DNA of 64,000 bases from Puniceicoccaceae bacterium (GCA_040830765.1 JBFOMH010000026.1:32001-96000); one strand, 5' to 3'; positions 1 through 10,318 are shown, numbered from the stretch's first letter. Notes: generated by a model from the letters alone, not told the origin. Translations and numbers: made by a program.

Positions 1-1
1 G

Positions 2-826
2 ACAAAGGATATTCTTACCGAGTATCCGAACCTCAACATCGTCGGTGAGGAGTGGTCCTTGGATGTGCCGATCATTGCCTACTGGCAGCGGGGCAAGGTC
101 AATCATGACGGCTACGTCTCCCACGCGCCCAGCATGATGGACTTTCCGTTGCAGGATGCCGTTGTCGAAAGCCTGACGGATGAACCGAGGGAGTATCATG
201 AGCCGCTTCTGCGGATGTATGAGGTCCTGTCCCTCGATTACCTCTATCCGGACCCGGCCAACCTGGTCATCTTTCCAGACAACCATGACATGGCGCGCTT
301 CTTTACCCAGGTTGAGGAGGACATCGACCTTTTCAGGATGGGTCTGATCTACTTCCTGACCATGCGGGGCATCCCGCAGATCTACTATGGTACGGAAATC
401 CTCATGGACAGTACCGAGGACCCTGATGACCATGGTATCATTCGGACCGACTTTCCCGGAGGCTGGGCAGGGGATCCGGTTAATGCCTTTACCGGGGAGG
501 GACTTACCCTCAAGCAGACGAAGGCCAAGGCCTTCCTCCGCAAACTTCTCAACTGGCGCAAGTCTGCCGAGGTGATCCATTCCGGCCGCTTGATGCACTT
601 TGCTCCGGATGACGGCGTATATGCCTACTTCCGCTATCACGATGACGCATCAGTCATGGTGGTGTTCAACCACAATCGTGAAGATCTGGAGATCGATCTG
701 GAGCCGTTTGCAGAGCGATTGGAGGGATATTCAACAGCGCGGGACGTGATTGACCTTTCGATACACAATCTGGAGAAGAACCTCCCGGTTCCTGCCCGGA
801 CAGCGCTGGTCCTGGAACTCAATTAG
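2..826 (+). CDS. GH13 cyclomaltodextrinase/neopullulanase (SusA-like), 5'-truncated by the window edge
   Basis: Frame is open from position 2 (TKDILTEYPNLNIVGEEWS, containing the GH13 acid/base Glu). Also FPDNHDMAR (conserved region IV), RGIPQIYYGTE and a C-terminal beta domain. Confidence 0.9.
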   Translation, partial: TKDILTEYPNLNIVGEEWSLDVPIIAYWQRGKVNHDGYVSHAPSMMDFPLQDAVVESLTDEPREYHEPLLRMYEVLSLDYLYPDPANLVIFPDNHDMARFFTQVEEDIDLFRMGLIYFLTMRGIPQIYYGTEILMDSTEDPDDHGIIRTDFPGGWAGDPVNAFTGEGLTLKQTKAKAFLRKLLNWRKSAEVIHSGRLMHFAPDDGVYAYFRYHDDASVMVVFNHNREDLEIDLEPFAERLEGYSTARDVIDLSIHNLEKNLPVPARTALVLELN

Positions 827-835
827 CGAATCCGT

Positions 836-1996
836 TCAGTCTCGTTTCAATCCCGGCTTCCGGCTAAGGACGAAGAGTAGCAGGACAAGGCTGAATCCGG
901 CGAGAACAGCGATTATCCGGAACATGATGGGATAGCCAAAGAGATCGGACAGCCAGCCCATGAGGAAGGAACCGGTGGTCATGCCAGCCATCTTGGTTGA
1001 TATGAGCAGGGTGACGGCGGTGGCCCGCCGGGTAGGGCCACAGAGCAGGGTGACAAAGACAATGGAAGCGACTTCCCGTCCGGCCCAGCCAAAGCCGTGG
1101 AAGAGCTGGGGCAGCCAGAGCCACTCGGGTGCAGTCATGAAGGAAGCCGTCAGGAGGCGCAGGGACTGGGCACTGAATCCGAGGATAAGGATCAGGTTGG
1201 CCCCTTTCCAGTCGACCCAGCGGCCCGTCAGCGGAAGAAAGATGAAGCCAAGAAAACCGTTCAAACTGGAAAGAACCCCGATCCACTCCAAGGGTGCGCC
1301 GAGCGACTTGGCGAAGCTGTTGTAGAAGCCGTTAATCGCCGGGTCGGTCAGGCTGACAAGGAAGTTTGCCGCGAGAAACCAGTAAAGGAGAGTGGGCAGC
1401 TTCTGAGAAAAGGCGGCTTCTTCGGATGCCGTCCGTGGCTGTGGACGATCGAGGGAAAAAACAAAGATCAGCGACAGAGGCAGCAGGGCTGCCGCGACGA
1501 TGGCGATATTCGTTATCGAGGAAAGAAGGGCCGGAAGCAAAAGGGTAGCCGCCATGAACCCGATAGAGCCATAGGACCGGTAATCCCCGTATCCTTCACC
1601 CTCACTGCCTTGGGCGAGGTTACCAAGAACCAGTGCCGGCATTACCCCCATTATGGTCGGAAAGAGGACGCCCCGGAGGATGGCGTAGAAGAGAAAGTCC
1701 GAGGGAGAATCCGCGTAGGCGAACCAAAGAAGACAGAAACTCAGGCCGATGGTCCCGATGGCGATGAGGCGGCGATGAAATCGGAACCGGTCAGCCACCC
1801 GACCCCAAAACGGGCTGGTAATGATGATAAGGGCATTTTCCAGGGCCAGTAGCAGGCCGATAAGGGTCCCGTTCAGGCCTTGTTCCATCATATGGACGGC
1901 CTCATAGACACTCAATTGTGCCGCACAGCCGATTTGCAGGAAACAGGAACCACGGGCATGCCACAGCTTACGGCGCAGGTCAGGTTCGCCAGCCAT
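836..1996 (-). CDS. MFS transporter
   Basis: About 12 hydrophobic segments, MFS loop motifs WGRVADRF and GRWVDWKG, YGDYRSYGSIGF; last gene of the EEP-GH3-MFS run. Confidence 0.85.
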   Translation of the reverse strand: MAGEPDLRRKLWHARGSCFLQIGCAAQLSVYEAVHMMEQGLNGTLIGLLLALENALIIITSPFWGRVADRFRFHRRLIAIGTIGLSFCLLWFAYADSPSDFLFYAILRGVLFPTIMGVMPALVLGNLAQGSEGEGYGDYRSYGSIGFMAATLLLPALLSSITNIAIVAAALLPLSLIFVFSLDRPQPRTASEEAAFSQKLPTLLYWFLAANFLVSLTDPAINGFYNSFAKSLGAPLEWIGVLSSLNGFLGFIFLPLTGRWVDWKGANLILILGFSAQSLRLLTASFMTAPEWLWLPQLFHGFGWAGREVASIVFVTLLCGPTRRATAVTLLISTKMAGMTTGSFLMGWLSDLFGYPIMFRIIAVLAGFSLVLLLFVLSRKPGLKRD

Positions 1997-2075
1997 GGGT
2001 GTTGCTCAGGTACATTTGGGTAGATGTGGAGTTAATGGGGCAGGGGATTCATTAAGTGTGACCGCTGGCGGGTGG

Positions 2076-4163
2076 TCAATTGCCTAAATAGCGCCACCCC
2101 GGAGCACTGTCCCAGACATATGCCCAAAGTCCCTCCCCGGACTCGAGCCAGTACATCCAATTATTCTCCGTCATGTCGAAGGCATAGACACCTCCACCGA
2201 CCAGGAAGGGAGGGAAGTACAGCCAACCGGTCCCATAGAGGTACCCCATTGGAAACGCCTCCAGATTGAGATATCCCATCCAGGAGCTGGCAGTTCCCTC
2301 AAAAAGATCTGCCTTTGGGAAAAGGTAACGGAAGTAACCGTTATCTCCTTCAAAGATGTGACTGAAACCAAACGGAAACAGCGGGTCATAACTTTCATCG
2401 CCCACATTGACCGGAACCCCGTCATTGCGGGGCCATGAATGGGAAAGGGTCCCCGTCGGGATGACGTCACCGAAGAGGACATCCGTCACGCCCTGTCCTT
2501 CCGTTCCCGGAAGCCAGGCCGCAACTGTGGCATCCCAGCTGGAAAGTTCGCTTTCAATATACAGCGGCCGGCCTGATATCAGGACGACAATGACTGGTAC
2601 GCCAGATGCCTTGATCCGGTCCGCGACCTGGGAATCGCTGCGAGACAAGTACAGGTTGCTGGTATCGCCAAAGCCTTCGGCGTAAGGTAATTCCCCAACG
2701 ACAACAATTCCCACATCCGCCCCGGCAGCTCCGGTACCATCGATGGAGTAGGTGACGGTCGTTTCGGGCGATACGGCAGCTTCGATGGCTTCAAGGATAG
2801 AGGTGCCGATCGTGGTCTCTCCGGATGAGCCCTGCCAGGAAATGGTCCATCCACCGCATTGATTGCCAATGTCATCGGCGTTGCTTCCCGCCACATGGAT
2901 GCGAGCCAGATCCTTTGACAATGGGAGTAAGGCTGAGTCGTCCTTCAGAACCACCAATGACTCGGCAACGGCCTGACGTGCCACTTGACGGTGTTCCGGG
3001 CTGCCGACCATGGGCAGCAGTTCACGCCGGGCAAGCGGTTCTTCAAACAGACCCGACTCAAATTTAATCCGGAGGATTCGGCGGACGGCATCATCAATGC
3101 GGGAAAGCGGGACCTGGCCGCCGTCAACAGCGCTTCGCAGCGTGCTGATGAAGTTCTTGTAGTCATAAGGCACCATGACCATGTCAATTCCGGCATTGAT
3201 GGCAGTGGCAACTGCGGTGAAGTAATCCCGGTCCACCTGGTCGACACCTGCCCAGTCAGAGAGGAGAAGACCGTCGAATCCCAGTTCTTCCTTGAGGACA
3301 TCCGTCAGGAGATACTGGTCACCGTGCACCTTGAGCCCATTCCAGCTGGAATAGGAAACCATGATGGTTCGTGCCCCGGCCTCAATGGCATCGATGTAGG
3401 GGGCAATGTGGATGTCCCTCAATCCTTGTTCATCAATAACCGTGTCGCCCTGGTCGGTGCCGTTGGTTGTTCCCCCGTCGCCGGCAAAGTGCTTGATGCA
3501 GGCGAGAATGCTGCTGGATGCAGTCAAATCGGTCCCCTGGAATCCGTTCATGGCCGCCACACCCATCTGTGAGACAAGCGGCGTATATTCGCTGAAACTT
3601 TCGTAGGTCCGGCCCCACCATTCATTGCGGGCGACCGAAACAGCCGGGGCGAACGTCCAGTGCACCCCTGTTGCCGCAACCTCCTTGGCGGTCACCTCGG
3701 CAGCGCGCTGCATCAGCGCGGGATTACCGGTAGCTCCCATACCGATATTGTGAGGAAAGATAGTTGCTCCATAAACATTGCTATGTCCGTGTACGGCATC
3801 CACTCCATAAAGGATAGGAATGCCTAAACGTGTTGATAAAGAGATATTTATGTATCCATCAACCATATCCGCCCATGCTTCAGGATTGTTGGTCGCCGGA
3901 GCCTCACCCCCACCACTGAGAAGGGAACCCAGAAAATATGTGCTGATGTCCGAGTGGGGGATCACCGAACCAATATTGGCCTGGGTCATTTGCCCGATCT
4001 TCTCATCCAAGGTCATGCGTGAGAGGAGGTCTTCAACCCTATCATCAACCCCTGCCTCCGGATCCAGGTAGAGTGGCTCCTGCGAATAGAGCGGTGACGA
4101 CAGGGCCACGATGGCGAAGGAGAGGAAAATCAGCAAGCGGCACATATTAGGTTTCAGGGTCAT
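2076..4163 (-). CDS. Secreted GH3 beta-glucosidase with Trp/Tyr-rich C-terminal module (alternative start 4145)
   Basis: Signal peptide, MTLDEKIGQMTQ, GVDAVHG, WGRTYESF, KHFAGDG, nucleophile region LLSDW, GELPYAEG. Confidence 0.93.
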   Translation of the reverse strand: MTLKPNMCRLLIFLSFAIVALSSPLYSQEPLYLDPEAGVDDRVEDLLSRMTLDEKIGQMTQANIGSVIPHSDISTYFLGSLLSGGGEAPATNNPEAWADMVDGYINISLSTRLGIPILYGVDAVHGHSNVYGATIFPHNIGMGATGNPALMQRAAEVTAKEVAATGVHWTFAPAVSVARNEWWGRTYESFSEYTPLVSQMGVAAMNGFQGTDLTASSSILACIKHFAGDGGTTNGTDQGDTVIDEQGLRDIHIAPYIDAIEAGARTIMVSYSSWNGLKVHGDQYLLTDVLKEELGFDGLLLSDWAGVDQVDRDYFTAVATAINAGIDMVMVPYDYKNFISTLRSAVDGGQVPLSRIDDAVRRILRIKFESGLFEEPLARRELLPMVGSPEHRQVARQAVAESLVVLKDDSALLPLSKDLARIHVAGSNADDIGNQCGGWTISWQGSSGETTIGTSILEAIEAAVSPETTVTYSIDGTGAAGADVGIVVVGELPYAEGFGDTSNLYLSRSDSQVADRIKASGVPVIVVLISGRPLYIESELSSWDATVAAWLPGTEGQGVTDVLFGDVIPTGTLSHSWPRNDGVPVNVGDESYDPLFPFGFSHIFEGDNGYFRYLFPKADLFEGTASSWMGYLNLEAFPMGYLYGTGWLYFPPFLVGGGVYAFDMTENNWMYWLESGEGLWAYVWDSAPGWRYLGN

Positions 4164-5067
4164 TGATTACGGGATTCGGAGATTGAAGCTTGGGATCCGA
4201 AAAACTGATCCTTGCTGTAACGGGAAAATGGTCAGATGGGGTATGGCCGTCCAATTGAAAGCGGACAATGGAAGCCGCTTCGACATGCAAATTGTTGGAA
4301 ACAAAGATATAATCGATTTTTTCGCCGTCCACGGCATTCTCAAAGCCGTTGAACGTGCCAACAATGGTTTCCCCGGGATACGCGGATCGAAAGCTGTCGA
4401 CAAGCTTTACGAGACTGACGCCAAGTGGCCCTGCATTGCCCTTCAGGTAATCAATTGTGGGATTGGATTCACCGGCATTGAAGTCCCCCATGGCAATGAA
4501 CGGTTCAGCGTGGGACCTGTTGTGGATGCGCTGGGCGAGCAGGAGGGCACTCTTCTCCCTCGATTTTTGCGACTGGTGGTCCCAGTGGGTATTGTAAAGG
4601 TAGAGGCGTTCTCCGGTCGCCTTGTCATGGAAACGTGCCCATGAGCAGATGCGAAGATGTCGATTGCCCCAGTGTGCCGAAGGAACCTCCGGCGTATCGG
4701 AGTACCAGAATGTGCCCTCCTCAAGGACTTTGAAACGTGCCTTTCTGTAGAGTATAGCGGAGTATTCACCTTTGCCATCCCCATCTCTTTCTTTTCCTGA
4801 GGCAGCATATTCCGGAAATGCCTCCAATACCTCATCAAGTTGAAACTGAAGAGCCTCCTGCAGGCCAAGGAGGTCCGGTGCCTGCTTCTGGATAACCTCC
4901 ATAACCATGTCACGGCGGTGCTCCCAACTGTCCTCTCCATCATCCGCCAATCCATAACGGATATTGAAGGTCATCAAATCAATTGAATCAGTGGCTCTGG
5001 CTGGGGATTTGGGAAGGAGGAAGCAGCAAATTATGCATGCAGTAAGGACGAGTGAGGGTTTCATCAT
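4147..5067 (-). CDS. Secreted endonuclease/exonuclease/phosphatase (EEP) family protein
   Basis: MTFNIR, GLQE, NTHWDH, MGDFN, KIDYIF and PSDHFPV motifs; N-terminal signal peptide. Confidence 0.92.
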   Translation of the reverse strand: MMKPSLVLTACIICCFLLPKSPARATDSIDLMTFNIRYGLADDGEDSWEHRRDMVMEVIQKQAPDLLGLQEALQFQLDEVLEAFPEYAASGKERDGDGKGEYSAILYRKARFKVLEEGTFWYSDTPEVPSAHWGNRHLRICSWARFHDKATGERLYLYNTHWDHQSQKSREKSALLLAQRIHNRSHAEPFIAMGDFNAGESNPTIDYLKGNAGPLGVSLVKLVDSFRSAYPGETIVGTFNGFENAVDGEKIDYIFVSNNLHVEAASIVRFQLDGHTPSDHFPVTARISFSDPKLQSPNPVINDPET

Positions 5068-5154
5068 CAGGTAGGAAAGGTTCGATGGTGGGGAGTCTGG
5101 AGCGCTGGACAGTGTAGTCCAGAAAGAACGGGGGAAGGCGCGATTTGGGTAGGC

Positions 5155-5186
5155 AAAAAAGGGCTACTCACATGTGTGTGTGGCCC
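5155..5186 (-). terminator. Possible intrinsic terminator after acr3
   Basis: Imperfect GC-closed hairpin at 5161-5186 followed on the minus strand by T6, about 30 nt after the acr3 stop; the stem has mismatches. Confidence 0.45.
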
Positions 5187-5215
5187 GGCAGGTTTTGTTC
5201 CAGAAAAAGTGGGTC

Positions 5216-6286
5216 CTAGGATTCCTGGTTGCCCAGGTTCCTGGCGTACCAACCGCTGGACTGGTTGCAGATCCGGCAGACCGAGAGCATTACCGGTACT
5301 TCCACCAGCACCCCGACGACCGTGGCGAGCGCTGCTCCGGAAGTGGGGCCGAAAAGCGTGATGGCCACTGCCACGGCCAGCTCAAAGAAGTTGCTGGCCC
5401 CGATGAGGGCGCCCGGGCTGGCGACATTATGGGGCACCTTGAAGAGGCGCATGAGGCCGTAGACAAGGGAGGAATTGAAGTACACCTGGAGCAGGATGGG
5501 GATGGCAATGAGGATGACGGCGAACCACCGGGTAGTGATATTCTCCGCCTGGAAGGCGAAAATCAGGGTCAGGGTTGCCAGCAGGGCGATGATTGTGACC
5601 GGGTGGAAGCGGGCGAGGAAGTTCTGGTTAAACCAGTCTTCCCCCTTGGCCTTGATGAGGAAGTGGCGGGAGAGGAAACCAGCTACCAGCGGGATGACAA
5701 TAAAGACGACAACCGAGGTAATGAGGACCTTGGAGGGGATGATGACATCCGCGACGCCGAGCAGGAACATGACAATCGGGGCGAAGGCGACAAGCATGAT
5801 GAGGTCGTTGATGGCCACCTGGGCCAGGGTGTAGGCCGGATCCCCGTCAGTGAGGTAGCTCCAGACAAAAACCATGGCCGTGCAGGGAGCGGCGGCGAGG
5901 ATGATGAGGCCAGCCGTGTATTGCTGGGCCTCATCCGGAGAAACGAAGCTGGTGAAGACCACCTTGAAGAAGAACCAGGCCAGGAGGGCCATGCTGAATG
6001 GCTTGATCAGCCAATTGACAAAGAGGGTAATCAACAATCCCCTGGGTTTCCTGGCAACGCCCTTGATGCCGGCAAAGTCGATTTTCAGCATCATCGGGTA
6101 AATCATGAGCCAGATTAGGACAGCAATCGGTGCATTGACATGCGAGCCGCTGACAAACTCCAGTTCGCTTATCCAGTGGACCGTATCCGGGATTAACTTG
6201 CCGAGGGCGACCCCGGCGACCATGCAGAGCAGCACCCAGACCGAGAGGTAGCGCTCAAAGAATTGCATCCGTTTCTTTTCACTCAT
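5216..6286 (-). CDS. acr3: ACR3-family arsenite efflux transporter
   Basis: FFERYLSVWV, LIWLMIYPMM, NWLIKPF, APCTAMVFVWS, GASNFFELAVA, VGVLVEVPVML; start moved to MSEKKRM at 6286. Confidence 0.95.
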   Translation of the reverse strand: MSEKKRMQFFERYLSVWVLLCMVAGVALGKLIPDTVHWISELEFVSGSHVNAPIAVLIWLMIYPMMLKIDFAGIKGVARKPRGLLITLFVNWLIKPFSMALLAWFFFKVVFTSFVSPDEAQQYTAGLIILAAAPCTAMVFVWSYLTDGDPAYTLAQVAINDLIMLVAFAPIVMFLLGVADVIIPSKVLITSVVVFIVIPLVAGFLSRHFLIKAKGEDWFNQNFLARFHPVTIIALLATLTLIFAFQAENITTRWFAVILIAIPILLQVYFNSSLVYGLMRLFKVPHNVASPGALIGASNFFELAVAVAITLFGPTSGAALATVVGVLVEVPVMLSVCRICNQSSGWYARNLGNQES

Positions 6287-6447
6287 GACAATAATACAGT
6301 TGAGTGCTATTGAACGACGCCCGGCACAATCTTCAATGCCCAAAATGCTGTTCTGGGCAGGATTGTGGGCGATTACGGTAAAGCACGGGCGGCAATGGCG
6401 GTATGAGAGAGGAAAGCACTATAAAAGGGGCTAGAACAGGAGGTAAG

Positions 6448-7296
6448 ATGAGAAATCCAGTCCATGAAACATCCAGTCTGACTCGCCGGTCCTTTCTCAA
6501 GGGTTCCACTGCAGCGGCCGTGGCCGCTTCGCTGCCGATTCCGGCATCTGCCGGGATGGCCGGTTCGTATTCAGCGGAAGACGATCGATCCAGCGTCAAT
6601 GCCTTGCTCATCAGTGCCACAACCCTGAAAGGCAAGGGTTCACTGGAACATGCCCATGAGGCAATGCGGGAACTGTATGGTTCCATCCGGCGTATTCTGT
6701 TAATCAATTTCGCCAGCTTGCCGGGTGAACGGGATGCCTATGCCGAACGCATGCAGCGGGATTTCCGTGCAATTCATCCGGATATGGTTGTCGATTCCCT
6801 GCATCAGGTTGATATTTCCCGGGCAGAAGCAGCTGTGAGAAAGGCCGAGGCCTTCTACGTCAGCGGCGGAAACACCTTCCTGTTATTGCGTGAGCTTTAT
6901 GACCGGAAGGTGGTCGATTTGATGCGGAAGCGTGTCCTTGGTGGCGTTCCCTATGCCGGATCCAGTGCCGGTTCGAATATCGGGGGCCTCTGCATCGGCA
7001 CAACCAATGACTTCCCGATCACGGATGTACCGACCCGGCGCAGCCTGGGCCTTTTCAACGGCATCTACAATCCTCATCATCCGGAAGAGGCAGCGATTGA
7101 TTTTGCCAGCCGGCAATGGAAGATCCGCCAATATGCCCGCTTCAATCCTGACGAGACCGTGGTCGGCGTGCCGGATTCAGGCATGCTGCGCATTCAGGGA
7201 AACCGGGTGACCCTGCTCGGCGAGGGTGCCGTGGCCTTTGTCCAGCAGGGTGGGGACGGGCGCAGGGTCAACTCCGGCGAAGCCGTCTTTCAGTAA
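6448..7296 (+). CDS. pepE: Peptidase E (S51 dipeptidase) with twin-arginine signal peptide
   Basis: VSGGNTFLLL, nucleophile motif YAGSSAG, IGTTNDFPI, NPHH; N-terminal TRRSFLKG plus hydrophobic stretch; AGGAGG upstream of ATG 6448. Confidence 0.85.
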   Translation: MRNPVHETSSLTRRSFLKGSTAAAVAASLPIPASAGMAGSYSAEDDRSSVNALLISATTLKGKGSLEHAHEAMRELYGSIRRILLINFASLPGERDAYAERMQRDFRAIHPDMVVDSLHQVDISRAEAAVRKAEAFYVSGGNTFLLLRELYDRKVVDLMRKRVLGGVPYAGSSAGSNIGGLCIGTTNDFPITDVPTRRSLGLFNGIYNPHHPEEAAIDFASRQWKIRQYARFNPDETVVGVPDSGMLRIQGNRVTLLGEGAVAFVQQGGDGRRVNSGEAVFQ

Positions 7297-7339
7297 GTTG
7301 TTTAGGATTGGGCCCTTGCGGGAGGTTTTCAGTGCCGGC

Positions 7340-10318
7340 TTACTCCGTTAGCGCGCGCGAGAAGAGGATAAAGTTCAAGGCATCTCCTGTGGGAACGCCC
7401 TGATCTGCGTTACCGGAAATCCGCAGGTCCTCATCCTTCTCCATCCGCCTGACAAAGAGTGTCATGGGGCGGCCATTGACGGGGACCGCCTCGCCGGTCG
7501 GCTGATAGTCACTGAGCCATCCGGGGCGCTCCAGATTCGCATCATGGGCGACAAAGAGATCCAAGGCCTTGCCGGCAGTGGCAACAATGTAGTCGTTTGC
7601 CCAATACGCCCGGTCACGGTTGGCCGTCCGGATGAGCCGGGCGCCCTCCAGTGAGGGTGGAATGGCATCAATGTAGAGCAGGGCATCATCGGAATAGGCC
7701 AGTGCCTTCACGTAGAGCCGCTCTTCGACACCCCCGGCACCATCCCCGGTGTAGGCGAAGGTTGAGAAGTGACGATTATCGTCGGTAGCGACCGTTGCCT
7801 TTGGAGTGGGGAGCTCGCGCGCCGCAGCCAGCTCGGTGAGCGCATCCGTGTCCACCGGTGGGCGAGGGCCGATGGCAAAGTCGAAGTTAGCCGGAGCTTG
7901 GAGAAGCATCCCGTGGTGCAACTCAACCGGTAGTGACTCGAGGACCAGGGTCGTCGGTTCCAGTCCTTCACGGGTTGCAGTGATGGTGACGATTCCCGCC
8001 TCCAGGGTGGAACGGAGACTGGCCCGGTTGATTCCACATTCGGTATCGAAGTAAAGGTGATTGGTACTGTACTCCTTGCCGCTGTTGTAACTGCCGCGCC
8101 AAATAGCGGGTCCGGCAATGCTGAAATCGACCCGGGCTTGATCGGTCGGGCAGCGCCGTCCCTCCTTGTCGACCACTTCAACATCTATCAGGGCGATGTC
8201 AGATCCGTCCGCCCTCCATCCTCCGGGGGCAAGAATTGGAGTCATCCGCAAGGCAACCGCCTCACCGGCGGTTTCCTTGACTTGTTCGGCAACTGCCTCT
8301 CCATCCAAGTAGGCGACAACGCGGATATTTCCCGGTTCAAAAGCGACCTCCGGCCAAGTGAAAAGGGTATCGAGGCTGCGCTCGCCGAGTCCCAGGCTGC
8401 GGCCATTGACGAATAGTTCAGCGGAATCCGCCCTGGCCACGGCGTACATCGTCTTGACGATTCCCTCGGCATAGGTCCAATGGCCGATGAGGTGGACCCG
8501 TGGTTCATCCGCCCAGGTTGCCTGCAGGGCCCAATAGGCTTCCTTGGGGAGCCGCACACCATCGACTTCGCCGGTAGCGCGGGCTGCGTCCGTCCGCTGC
8601 CGGGTCCCATGGGGTCCGTCGGAAAAGATCCAGTTGGCTCCACCTGAGTGGTCCGGTTTGGCTCCGAAGAGTGTCCACCACTCCTTGATGGCATTGACGG
8701 CGAAGCCTTCTGAGTCGAGGTGGTAGGTGTTCAATTCGGCCAGTTCACCAAGGTTCCCGTAGTCAGGCGGTGAATACTTATCCCAGACGCGCCGTGGCGT
8801 TTCTGTCCGGTCGTATTCGGTTTCCACTACAGGCAAGTGTGGATGTGCCCGGACCCGGCCGACGGTCCCGAGCTCGAGATCAATATAGGGAAGCATGCCG
8901 GGTGAGGACATGCGGAAGCCAAAATACCGTTTCCCGTCGGGGTCCCACTGGTCGACCACTTCCCGTAGCTCCTTGGTGTGGGGGACACTGATATTGTAGT
9001 TGCCGCCTTCCCAGACACAGATCGAAGGGTGGTTCCTGAAATAGATAATCGTGTCGCGAAAGGCGGCCTTGCGCGTTTCCCAGGCCTCGCCGAAGCAGTC
9101 CCGTTCGCCATCGACACCCGGCATGATCGTGACAAAGCCGTACTTGTCGCCACTGTGGAGGGCGGAAGCCGAGCCGGCGGAATGTCCCCAGCGAATCATG
9201 TTGCCCCCGGCTTCCTCCATCATGCGGAGCGTGAAATCGCTGAGCCAGTCCGGCAGGGCGGCACCGAGGCCCGCCCACGCCTGGGTCGGTTTATGACCCC
9301 AGCCATGGAGTTTCAACGGCCGCCCGTTGATCCAGAATCCGGTATGGGTATCCCAGCGGAAATTCCGGATGCCAAACGGGCTGGTTGCGGTATCCTGGAT
9401 TACTCCATCGACGACCACGTCAATCCTGACTTCATAGATGTAAGGATAGTCCGGTTCCCAAAGGTGGGGATCCTTGACCACCAGTTCGGTTGTTGCCTTT
9501 GCGCGTTCATTACTCGTCAACTGGACGGATTTGCTGGCCGAAGCCACCGACTGCCCGCCCCGATCAACGAGGGAGAATCGAAGGTCTGCTGATGTCGATG
9601 CCGGAAGGCTGTTTTCGATTTCTGCCGTTACCAGGATGGAGGCGTTCTCTGCAGTGATGGTCGTTGCCCGCGCATAGATACCTTCCGTCTGGAGATTGGA
9701 GTAGAGCGGCAGGGTAACATGGATGGGGTTGGTGACATGCAGGCGAACGTTTCTATAAATACCCCCATGCGGCGGATGCCAGTTGGGATGGTGCCACGGC
9801 GTGTTGCCTTTAAAGTGCGGATCGAAGCGGTTATCTGCCCGGACCGCAAGGACGTTGCTGCCTCCAAAATTGAAGTAGGGCGTCAGGTCGAAACCAAAGG
9901 GGATGAACCCGGTCTTGTTGATACCAAGACGGTGGCCATTGAAGAATATCTCGGCGATTTGGCGGACGCCTTCGAATTCGATATAGACCCGCTTTCCCTG
10001 ATCGGATTCCGGCAGGCTGAATGTCTTCCGGTACCAGGCCACCCCGGTCCACAGGTCCGATTCCCCCTGGTGGCCGCCTTTGCCAAAATTATTGAAGGTG
10101 TCGGTGTCGTTCCAGGTATGCGGGAGACTGACCTGTTGCCACGTTGAATCGTCAAAGCCTGGTTCGTGGGCATCTCCCGGGTCAGATTTTTCAAAACGCC
10201 AGTCCGGATTCAAGTTCAGGACCTGTCGGGCGGTTGTTTGCAATGGCATAAGGCTGATAAGGCAGATGGTTAATCGTGTGACTATTACGAAAAGGCGCGA
10301 TGGGAAAAAAATGTGCAT
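7340..10318 (-). CDS. Secreted GH2 glycoside hydrolase (beta-galactosidase-like, DUF4982-type C-terminal domains)
   Basis: VSLPHTWN, WYRKTF, IEFEGV, GGIYRNV, FGIR, RNHPSI; signal peptide; additional C-terminal modules. Confidence 0.88.
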   Translation of the reverse strand: MHIFFPSRLFVIVTRLTICLISLMPLQTTARQVLNLNPDWRFEKSDPGDAHEPGFDDSTWQQVSLPHTWNDTDTFNNFGKGGHQGESDLWTGVAWYRKTFSLPESDQGKRVYIEFEGVRQIAEIFFNGHRLGINKTGFIPFGFDLTPYFNFGGSNVLAVRADNRFDPHFKGNTPWHHPNWHPPHGGIYRNVRLHVTNPIHVTLPLYSNLQTEGIYARATTITAENASILVTAEIENSLPASTSADLRFSLVDRGGQSVASASKSVQLTSNERAKATTELVVKDPHLWEPDYPYIYEVRIDVVVDGVIQDTATSPFGIRNFRWDTHTGFWINGRPLKLHGWGHKPTQAWAGLGAALPDWLSDFTLRMMEEAGGNMIRWGHSAGSASALHSGDKYGFVTIMPGVDGERDCFGEAWETRKAAFRDTIIYFRNHPSICVWEGGNYNISVPHTKELREVVDQWDPDGKRYFGFRMSSPGMLPYIDLELGTVGRVRAHPHLPVVETEYDRTETPRRVWDKYSPPDYGNLGELAELNTYHLDSEGFAVNAIKEWWTLFGAKPDHSGGANWIFSDGPHGTRQRTDAARATGEVDGVRLPKEAYWALQATWADEPRVHLIGHWTYAEGIVKTMYAVARADSAELFVNGRSLGLGERSLDTLFTWPEVAFEPGNIRVVAYLDGEAVAEQVKETAGEAVALRMTPILAPGGWRADGSDIALIDVEVVDKEGRRCPTDQARVDFSIAGPAIWRGSYNSGKEYSTNHLYFDTECGINRASLRSTLEAGIVTITATREGLEPTTLVLESLPVELHHGMLLQAPANFDFAIGPRPPVDTDALTELAAARELPTPKATVATDDNRHFSTFAYTGDGAGGVEERLYVKALAYSDDALLYIDAIPPSLEGARLIRTANRDRAYWANDYIVATAGKALDLFVAHDANLERPGWLSDYQPTGEAVPVNGRPMTLFVRRMEKDEDLRISGNADQGVPTGDALNFILFSRALTE

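Noticed and set aside
4147..5067. EEP nuclease as an anti-phage defence or retroelement component
   Set aside because: It has a signal peptide and sits in a GH3/MFS run with no RT, helicase or defence genes, which fits a periplasmic phosphoesterase.
5174..6118. 314-aa plus-strand ORF and other long antisense ORFs (e.g. 1097-1852, 17309-18256, 42352-43110, 51433-52182, 58992-59783)
   Set aside because: They lie opposite well-supported genes, carry no recognisable motifs, and are the expected shadow ORFs of GC-rich coding DNA.
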